From Promethearchaeota archaeon (GTDB lineage: Archaea > Asgardarchaeota > Lokiarchaeia > Sigyniarchaeales > Sigyniarchaeaceae), in assembly GCA_041305945.1 (NCBI GenBank), contig JBGLND010000001.1, positions 1,427,753 to 1,451,752 on the forward strand: a stretch of 24,000 nt of DNA. The letters are read 5' to 3'. The translations under genes were made by a program, and so were the position numbers. Shown in pieces: positions 9,055 to 16,026 of this stretch. The notes beneath the pieces were generated by a model. That model had not been told where the DNA came from. It did not search any database and worked only from the letters and a program-made list of their open reading frames with translations. Within the stretch, counting starts at the first letter, position 1; each line of letters starts with the position of its first letter.

Positions 9055-9786
9055 TTATTCTTGCGCGATGCGCACGAACTCTGCTACAACACCCAACGTG
9101 AACGGCACGAACGCGACAAGCTCCATGAGTAAAATCAACAACTGGAACACGTCAAGCATCCCGACCCCTGTCAAATCTGGTCGCCAGTTGTTGATGTAGA
9201 GAATGGTAAGAACGCCCACGCCGAGCCCTACAGCCAAGGTAATGACCATGTACGTGCGCTTGGACAGTGCCGAGAAGAGCGCCGCGACGCCGAACGCGAT
9301 CATGCCGAATGCCGTCATCCACGTGAGGGTTTCCAGCCAGCAGTTATTTGCGCTTGAACCACCCAGCATCCCCGCGAAGATGCACTCGTAAGAGTTTGCC
9401 TGGTATGTTGCCAAGTCCATGCTGTATAGCGTGTAAATGATGAAGACAGCCAAGCCGACGCCAGCAAGCCCGGCAACCATGCCTGCAATCGCGAATATCC
9501 GGGTCTTCCCCTGCCCGAGCGGCGAGCCGAGCAACCGCTTGATTTCTTGCTGCAATTCCGGTGCCGGGTTCCTTCCCACCTTCTGGAATTGGAAGCTAGA
9601 ATAGCGATCTCGCAATGAAAGCAAGAGTTTCTTTGCTTCATTCTGATCCTTGATTTTTGATTTCGGGCCATGCCAAATATAAATTACACGTCCTTCCGTG
9701 TCGACAAGCAGCGCGACATCACGCACGCTCAAACGAGGGGACTCTATCCATTTCCCAGCCCTGAACACGTAAGCGAATACTCTCAT
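9055..9786 (-). CDS. Gelsolin-like N-terminal domain + C-terminal multi-TM membrane protein
   Basis: MRVFAYVFRAGKWIESPRLSVRDVALLVDTEGRVIYIWHGPKSKIKDQNEAKKLL... resembles gelsolin repeat (xLxDxxxxxxYxWxGxxS...A) and aligns with the N-terminus of the 11108..12376 protein; about 5 hydrophobic segments follow. ORF track gives an alternative TTG start at 9813. Confidence 0.75.
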   Translation of the reverse strand: MRVFAYVFRAGKWIESPRLSVRDVALLVDTEGRVIYIWHGPKSKIKDQNEAKKLLLSLRDRYSSFQFQKVGRNPAPELQQEIKRLLGSPLGQGKTRIFAIAGMVAGLAGVGLAVFIIYTLYSMDLATYQANSYECIFAGMLGGSSANNCWLETLTWMTAFGMIAFGVAALFSALSKRTYMVITLAVGLGVGVLTILYINNWRPDLTGVGMLDVFQLLILLMELVAFVPFTLGVVAEFVRIAQE

Positions 9787-10221
9787 GTTGTTAACCTTCT
9801 CGTCATTCTTCAACTTTCTTGCAAGGGCGTGGAAGCATTCCCGGGCGTCTCGATGAATCGTGAAGATAATTGCCTCGTGGAAAACCTTGCAAGTCTTCGT
9901 ACTATGTCTAATTTTTGGCTAATGAGCTTTAAATATTTTTCAAAAAAAAAAACCCTACCCTCAAACCACATTTGTCCGGTAAAATAGTTATTCCCTCTCT
10001 CACCTTTCACGCTGATTTTTAAAATAGGACTATCCAGCGGTGTTTCAAGCAAACAACACCATCATGGTCGAGCTGCGTGATTGGCACGATCATGATCTGG
10101 AATTTCGGGTCGTTTCAACCATTATTTTATTCCAGCATCGTGGCGTCGTGCATGTTAGTGTCGTCGAGGTGGAGGACCTCCAGCCCCGACAAGCCTTCGA
10201 GGAACACGCCGAGGTGGTTGA

Positions 10222-10255
10222 AATAGTTGCCCGATAACGGGAGCTATTTTTTTTT
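10222..10255 (+). terminator. Hairpin followed by T9 tract (terminator-like)
   Basis: AATAG-ttg-CCCG-ataa-CGGG-ag-CTATT followed by an uninterrupted T run to 10255. Confidence 0.3.
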
Positions 10256-10287
10256 GTAAGCGTCTATTCTATTCATTAGAAGAATAT

Positions 10288-10375
10288 TGAAATGCCTTGA
10301 AATGCCAAAAATGTTGCTGAAATGCCCAGAAATGCTATAGATTTTACTGAAATGACAAAAGTGTTGTGAAAATGC
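10288..10375. repeat. 10-bp-phased degenerate TGAAATGCC repeats
   Basis: AATG(-like) words begin at 10291, 10301, (10311), 10321, 10331, 10351 and 10371, in exact multiples of 10 bp. Confidence 0.6.
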
Positions 10376-10866
10376 CGTCCCTCCCACTCCCCATCTGGCA
10401 AGAACGAGTCAAGAACGAGCTCGATGTGCTTCGTAATATGAATGCATTGGTCGAGAGTTCGGTTCAAGATTTTGGCGAAACGATACAATTTCTTATCAAC
10501 GTGCGTGCGAAAGGCTTGGTGAAAGATACGAGCAACAAGCTGGTCCCCATGATGGATCACCAGATCCAGATCGAGATCAACCGGGACTTCCCGTATCCCG
10601 GTGGCATCAAGTTCCTTTGGCGTTCACCTATTTTCCACCCGAATATCGACCCGTACGAGACAGGTTACATTTGCCTCAACGTGCTCAAGAAATGGTCGCA
10701 GCTGAGCGACTTGAGCACCACGGTCAAGGCCCTGACAATGTTGATAACGCACCCGAACCCCGAGGATCCCTTGAACTATCCCACGTGCTTGGAAGCGGCC
10801 AAGTATTTCTTCGAGAACCCGCCATCGGAAGAATCGAACGACGATGACATCCTCGTCATCGATTAA
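10366..10866 (+). CDS. Ubiquitin-conjugating enzyme E2-like protein (UBC fold)
   Basis: DFPYPGGIKFLWRSPIFHPNIDPYETGYICLNVLKKWSQLSDLSTTVKALTMLITHPNPEDPLNYPTCLEAAKYF: FxYPxxxPxxxF-like region, HPN motif, active-site-like ICLNVL, and PNPEDPLN as in UBC-family E2s. Start is GTG at 10366 or ATG at 10372. Confidence 0.88.
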   Translation: MKMPSLPLPIWQERVKNELDVLRNMNALVESSVQDFGETIQFLINVRAKGLVKDTSNKLVPMMDHQIQIEINRDFPYPGGIKFLWRSPIFHPNIDPYETGYICLNVLKKWSQLSDLSTTVKALTMLITHPNPEDPLNYPTCLEAAKYFFENPPSEESNDDDILVID

Positions 10867-11107
10867 CATTCGTTCGTGTTATATTTCCTTTTTTTTCACG
10901 TTCCCTCGCTTGGCACACTGGATAAGCGGCATCTCGTGACGCTCGACCCACGATCGTACCGCATCGAGCTCCCGAGTCGTCGTAGGCGTGTAGATATTTA
11001 TTAATGCTTGTAGCGCAAGAATTTCTTAATATACGCTTGAATTACAACCAACGATTATGGCATTGAACATTGTTGGAATACACCACGAGAAACGAGCATG
11101 AGGCATC

Positions 11108-12376
11108 ATGGGAACGTTCGTAGCATATGTCCTGATGGGCGAGGAAGACTTCGTACCCACCAATAAATTAGAAGAGGATCAAGTCGCGTTCATCATTGAC
11201 ATGGAAAAGAAGATCATCTATGCTTGGCACGGGCGCAATTCGAGCAAGCTCCAGCAATACAAGTGCGGGACCAACGCCACGAAATTGAAGTCGAAGCTGC
11301 ACTACTATGGCTTCGGCACGGAGATTATCAAGCAAGGTGGCGAGCCTGCCGAGGTGGCCGTGGAGGTCGAGGAGTTGCTCGCAGGGAAGGGCGAGATACC
11401 GTCCAAGATAAAGGAGACGATCACCGAGGAAGCAATCAAGACGGGCAAGATCGCTGCACCATCATCCGTCGCGGTGCAACCGGAACCAGAGGAACACGTG
11501 GTGCGGCCATCATCTCGAGCAGAACCCCCGCAACCAAGCAGCCTCAAGCCATCCCTTGCCGAAATCGCACGCGTCGAGGCAGAACGCCGGGCCACGATGA
11601 CCACGGAATTGAAACGAGCCGAAGACCTTGCACGGGTCAAGGAAGACAATGAACGACGTGCAAGGGGCGAGGCCCGCGAGAAAGAAGCCGAGGCCTTGTT
11701 GCTGAAACGCAAGCTGGATGAAGAAACGCGGTTCTTGGAAGCTGAATCACGGAAGACCGAGCAGCTCGAGGAAAAATTGAAACAGGAATCGCTCGAGCGC
11801 CATCGCCTCCAGAAATTGATGGAGAAAGAACGGGAGGACATGCGCAAGGAGTACGAGACCCGCATACAGGACGAGATCAAGGCGCGCGTTGACGAGGAAC
11901 AAAAGAAAACCTTGGAATTGCAAGAAGAACTCGATCGCGTGAAGAAAGAACGGGACGATGCCATCAAGTCAAAGGAGCGGGAGATCGAAGAGACCAAGAA
12001 GGACATCGAGACCCTCATGATGGACAAGGACCAGCAGCTCAAGGAACAGATCGATAAGGAGCGGCAAGAGCTGGCGTTGGCCAAGGATGAAGAGAAGGAA
12101 GCCATCAAGGCTCGATATGCCAAGGAAAAGTCGGAGCTCGAATCAAAGGTTAGCGACGAGCAGAAGTCGTTGGAGGCAAAGCTCGAGCAAGAACGCCAGA
12201 TGCGACTGTCCTTGCTCGACCAGGCCTCCCGCGCAGCGCAAGAAGCGGTCGAGCGCGAGGAAAAGGTTCGCGAGGAGGTCGAGAGCAGCGTCCGTGCAGA
12301 GATGGATGCAAAGCTTGCCGCCGAGCACGTTGAAAAGGAACGCCTCGAGAAACGGCGATGTGCGGCCCGCGCATGA
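11108..12376 (+). CDS. Gelsolin-like N-terminal domain + long charged coiled-coil protein; 3' end probably truncated at about 12358
   Basis: MGTFVAYVLMGEEDFVPTNKLEEDQVAFIIDMEKKIIYAWHGRNSSKLQQ... homologous to the N-terminus of the 9055..9786 protein; then about 270 aa of K/E/R-rich heptad-like sequence; the last residues (CAARA) are antisense to hdrC. Confidence 0.75.
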   Translation: MGTFVAYVLMGEEDFVPTNKLEEDQVAFIIDMEKKIIYAWHGRNSSKLQQYKCGTNATKLKSKLHYYGFGTEIIKQGGEPAEVAVEVEELLAGKGEIPSKIKETITEEAIKTGKIAAPSSVAVQPEPEEHVVRPSSRAEPPQPSSLKPSLAEIARVEAERRATMTTELKRAEDLARVKEDNERRARGEAREKEAEALLLKRKLDEETRFLEAESRKTEQLEEKLKQESLERHRLQKLMEKEREDMRKEYETRIQDEIKARVDEEQKKTLELQEELDRVKKERDDAIKSKEREIEETKKDIETLMMDKDQQLKEQIDKERQELALAKDEEKEAIKARYAKEKSELESKVSDEQKSLEAKLEQERQMRLSLLDQASRAAQEAVEREEKVREEVESSVRAEMDAKLAAEHVEKERLEKRRCAARA

Positions 12377-12704
12377 ACCCGCGGTGCGCGGCGATGTTCC
12401 GCAGTTTCAAGATGATGTCGGTGCTAGGCACGTCGCGCGGGCATCGTTCTTGGCACGTGAAGCACGTGGAGCACAGCCACAGCAAGTCAGAATTCAAGAG
12501 CTCGTCATCGAGCCCGATCATGGCCTCGCGGATGAGTTCGCGTGTCCGCATTGCCGTGCGACGCCCGCTGGGGCAGCCGCCCGAGCACGTGCCGCATTGA
12601 TAACATGACTTGAACCGTTCATACATCTCGTCTTCGACGATTTCTTCCACGAGTCTTCTATCAATTTTCTTGATGATTTGTGGGTTTAATGCCATGAGAT
12701 TCAC
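12360..12704 (-). CDS. hdrC: Heterodisulfide reductase subunit C (HdrC)-like, 3' truncated (formal ORF continues to 12150 in unrelated antisense sequence)
   Basis: Two 4Fe-4S motifs CYQCGTCSGGCPSGRR and CSTCFTCQERCPRDV; ends abruptly after RNIAAHRGFMRGPH where the HdrC C-terminus should continue. Confidence 0.85.
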
Positions 12705-12755
12705 TCTTTTTTTTATCTTAACGTGTTACGTGCTGTTCCTTTCTTGGTATCATTA

Positions 12756-14474
12756 TTACGCGATCTTGATGACCTTTTGCTTCAAGATGTACGAGTCGAA
12801 CACGGGATAGTTGTTATACGACACCGTGTACCGCTGTATCCAGTCCTTCTTCACCTTGTCGATAAGCTTGGCCATCACGTCGGGTTTTACCTTTGCGGTC
12901 GCGTCAGTCCACAAGGTGTTGCCCATGACCGACGTGACCACCGAGCCGTTCCTGCAGACCACCTCGCCGTTCTTGATGGTATAGGCCGTGTGCCCGAACG
13001 CCTTGATGGCGTCCTTGCCCGTGGCACCCTCGGGCTTGATGTCGTAGATCGCCACCGAGCCCTCGGCGCCGGCACCGAGGTGCCCCTTGTCGTTCATGCC
13101 GAGGCAACGCGCGGTGGCCGCCCTCGTGATCGTCGCGATCTCGGCCAGGGAATATTCACGGTCTTGTTCAGCGAGCTTGCTCCGCTCCGCCGCGAGCTTG
13201 TGGACGCCCGCGAGCGTCTCGGCCCTGTGTTTCCTGTCGATGAGCCATGCGATGACGTCCGGGTAGTGCGTGAATGGCCCGGCGTTGGGATGGTCGGTCG
13301 TCAAGTACACGCGCCACGGGTCCTTGATCATGAGCAGCAGTTCCAGCCCGATTGCCCACTGGATGGCGTTCACGGACACCTTCGGGTCGAAGATGTAGGG
13401 CACGATGCCTGATCCCGACTCGGTCTCCGCGTGCCCGTTTACCCACTTCACGCCGGGTTTCACGCCCCAGGCGCTCTGGCCGGCGATGTGATACAGTGCG
13501 TGCTCCCACGGGCTGTCGGCGGTCATGGTCGTCGTGTTCGCGCCAAGGATGACTTGGCCGACGTCTATGGTCACGTGCGGGTTCTGGTTTATGTATTCCG
13601 CGATGGGCTCGGCACCTGAGCAGAAGTCGTTCCACCCCTTCCCGCCGTACGCGTTGAACTGGCAATGGGTGAGGTGCATCACGTTCTTGCGTTCGCTTGA
13701 TGCCGGCTCTATGCCTTTCACGCTCGCGAGCGTCTGCTTCGTGATGTCGAAGTTCCCGGGGTGCCCGAGGTTGTTCCCGTGCAGGTGGATCGAGTGGGGC
13801 AGGCCCAGCATCTCGTTCACCTTGGCCAAGCTCGTGATGATGTCCCGTGGGCTCACGTCGAAGTAGGCGACCTTGTCTTCGAGGGCACCGAACTCGGATT
13901 TGCCCCACGCCCACATCTCCGAGCCACCAGGATTCACGATCTTCACGGCGTAGCCTTTCGTGGTCTTCAAGAGCCATGCAACGTACGCGGCGAGGCTATC
14001 CATGTCCCCGTTCTTGATGAACTCCATGACGAACCAGTTGTTGCCGAACAGGGGAAACGCGGCTTTGTCGATGATGGGGATGTCGTGGAACTCCTCGTGC
14101 GTGTGCCGTGCCTTGATGGGTGGCATGGCAGGTTCTATGCACGTCGTGTATCCCATCTGCGCGTAGCGGTACCCCGTGATGAACGTGCTGGGCACGGAAT
14201 ACCCCGTGCCTGACCGCGTCGCGTTCGTTTTCCCGACGGGGTCTTTCACGTGGTCCTCGGGGCGGAACAGCCTGCCCATGTTCACCTTCGCACCCGAGAT
14301 GTGCGTGTGGATGTCCACGCCACCCGCCATGACGACCTTCCCGGCGGCATCGATGACCTCTGCATCCCGCGGGACCTCTTTCGGGTCGACGATCCTGCCG
14401 TCCTTGATGCCGATGTCCATTTTATCGTGAATGTTGTTGGCCGGGTCTATCACGAATCCGTTCTTGATGAGCAT
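12756..14474 (-). CDS. fwdA: Formylmethanofuran dehydrogenase subunit A
   Basis: MLIKNGFVIDPANN, GGVDIHTHISGAKVN, ETGYSVPSTFITGYRYAQMGYTTCIEPAMPP-type sequence, PGGSEMWAWGKS, HLHGNNLGHPGN, TTDHPNAGPFTHYPDVIAWL; start at 14474 preferred over the ORF-track 14522. Confidence 0.93.
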   Translation of the reverse strand: MLIKNGFVIDPANNIHDKMDIGIKDGRIVDPKEVPRDAEVIDAAGKVVMAGGVDIHTHISGAKVNMGRLFRPEDHVKDPVGKTNATRSGTGYSVPSTFITGYRYAQMGYTTCIEPAMPPIKARHTHEEFHDIPIIDKAAFPLFGNNWFVMEFIKNGDMDSLAAYVAWLLKTTKGYAVKIVNPGGSEMWAWGKSEFGALEDKVAYFDVSPRDIITSLAKVNEMLGLPHSIHLHGNNLGHPGNFDITKQTLASVKGIEPASSERKNVMHLTHCQFNAYGGKGWNDFCSGAEPIAEYINQNPHVTIDVGQVILGANTTTMTADSPWEHALYHIAGQSAWGVKPGVKWVNGHAETESGSGIVPYIFDPKVSVNAIQWAIGLELLLMIKDPWRVYLTTDHPNAGPFTHYPDVIAWLIDRKHRAETLAGVHKLAAERSKLAEQDREYSLAEIATITRAATARCLGMNDKGHLGAGAEGSVAIYDIKPEGATGKDAIKAFGHTAYTIKNGEVVCRNGSVVTSVMGNTLWTDATAKVKPDVMAKLIDKVKKDWIQRYTVSYNNYPVFDSYILKQKVIKIA

Positions 14475-14870
14475 GCTACCCATGATGAATCGCACTGGTA
14501 CAGTTATGTCGATGATATGCAAGCCCCGTGCCTTCGTTGCACGGCGGCGGAACGAAGAAACCTACCATAGGTCCTTCCATCTTACTGCTATGATATTAGA
14601 TCAGCTGGCCTATGATTTATACATACGTGTTCACGGGCACGGTCGCCCCTTATTGAGTCACGCACTTTCAAAAATAAGTCACGCGCCCCGGCGGGTGGCT
14701 GGTTCCGACGCGGGTACCAGCGCGCGCCCCCGCCCGCGCCAGCCACCACGGGCACGGTGCTTCTGGTCTGGGTTGGAACGCCGCGTGCCCGGTGGTACAA
14801 GAATCGAGCAAAGAAGCGGCTTGCCGGGCCTTGTTTCTGTAAAAAATGTTCGATTTCACCAAGATCATTG

Positions 14871-15956
14871 TCATTCGTTTCTTTCATGCAAGGCTGGAAG
14901 AAATGAGAATGCGTTCGTGAACGACGCGTCCAGCGCTTGTTTGATGTTTCTATCCCCCGCGGGTGCTTGCTTGGACAAGATGGCATCCGTCGATCTGGAG
15001 AACATCACGAATGCCTTGTCCATCAAGTTGTCCTGGTTTTTGAATGCCATATATATGCTTGCGACCGTGGTTTGTTTGACCAGCACCGTGATGTCGTCGA
15101 ACACGATCTTCTGCACCTTCAAGGCACGTTCATGTCCCGCATTCGGGCTGGAGCCAATGCCATCCAGCGCCCGCTGCACGCGCTCTTCCAAGCCACCGGT
15201 CCTGTCCGAGCCGGGGAACGTCCGCCGGTACAACATGTTCTTGCCTGTGTCCCTCACTTCCACCATCAATAGCAGCGACGGCGACATGAACAGCGCGGCA
15301 GGGAACCGGGCGACGATGGCCGCCTCCGTTGCGAACATGATGAACGGCGGGATGATGACCGCGTAGGTTGGTAGCAACTGCGCGATGGTCAAGGGATACA
15401 GGACCAAGATCAATATAACGCTCACCACGATGAGCGCTGGGAACACCAGGAAAGCGGGTTCCAGGCGCTCGCCCCGCACGCGCCGCACGGTGGTCGTGAT
15501 GTACTCACGCTGGACGGCGAGCAGCAGCACGAGCATGCCGAACATACCAACGCGCTCCAGCGGCGAGAACACGACCGTGTGGTCGGTGAACGATGCCGGT
15601 TCGAGGAACACGGATACCACCGTGACGGTCACAAGCGTCATGCTTGCCACGATCACGTATTTATTGCGTCCTTTCAGCGGGCCAACCAGCATCGTGAAAA
15701 ACTTGATGGCAAAATGGAACCCGCAAGACACGAACACCACGCCGATGAGCGCCGCCTCCGGGTTCGAGAACAGCCGTCCCAGGTAAAAAAAAATGCCATA
15801 CATGCCGATGCAAATGTTTCCAAGGGCGCACGGGAACACCGGGGGGTACCCCTTCCTCGATAGCCTCGCGAGCAAGACAAACCCCGATAGGAACGGCGGC
15901 AAGCTACCCGCGAGCCACAAGACCGTCTCTGCTGCTGTCACCATGCGAACCCACAA
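14871..15956 (-). CDS. 7TM membrane protein with C-terminal longin/roadblock-like soluble domain (paralog A)
   Basis: Seven hydrophobic segments, then LLLMVEVRDTGKNMLYRRTF...KVQKIVFDDITVLVKQTTVASIYMAFKNQDNLMDKAFVMFSRSTDAIL; clearly paralogous to 16027..17100. Confidence 0.8.
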   Translation of the reverse strand: MWVRMVTAAETVLWLAGSLPPFLSGFVLLARLSRKGYPPVFPCALGNICIGMYGIFFYLGRLFSNPEAALIGVVFVSCGFHFAIKFFTMLVGPLKGRNKYVIVASMTLVTVTVVSVFLEPASFTDHTVVFSPLERVGMFGMLVLLLAVQREYITTTVRRVRGERLEPAFLVFPALIVVSVILILVLYPLTIAQLLPTYAVIIPPFIMFATEAAIVARFPAALFMSPSLLLMVEVRDTGKNMLYRRTFPGSDRTGGLEERVQRALDGIGSSPNAGHERALKVQKIVFDDITVLVKQTTVASIYMAFKNQDNLMDKAFVMFSRSTDAILSKQAPAGDRNIKQALDASFTNAFSFLPALHERNE

Positions 15957-16026
15957 CTCCGCGCGTGACTAGCGACGGGGCCATATAAATCCATACATCC
16001 CGCCGGGACGGCGTGAACGCGGGCGT

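Noticed and set aside
10276-10560. 95-aa minus-strand ORF ending in FLAFQGISIFF repeats
   Set aside because: Antisense to the E2-like gene start and the 10-bp repeat; repetitive residues derive from the DNA repeat
11305-12123. 272-aa Ser-rich minus-strand ORF
   Set aside because: Antisense of the K/E/R-rich coiled-coil gene; Ser/Leu/Phe richness is a codon complement artefact
12150-12359. C-terminal extension of the HdrC ORF (IAVSRGVPFQRARRQ...)
   Set aside because: It is antisense to the coiled-coil gene and bears no resemblance to an HdrC C-terminus; treated as read-through after a breakpoint
14588-14986. 132-aa minus-strand ORF MPSCPSKHPRGIETSNKRW...
   Set aside because: Overlaps the 7TM paralog 3' end in another frame and has compositionally odd, non-conserved-looking sequence
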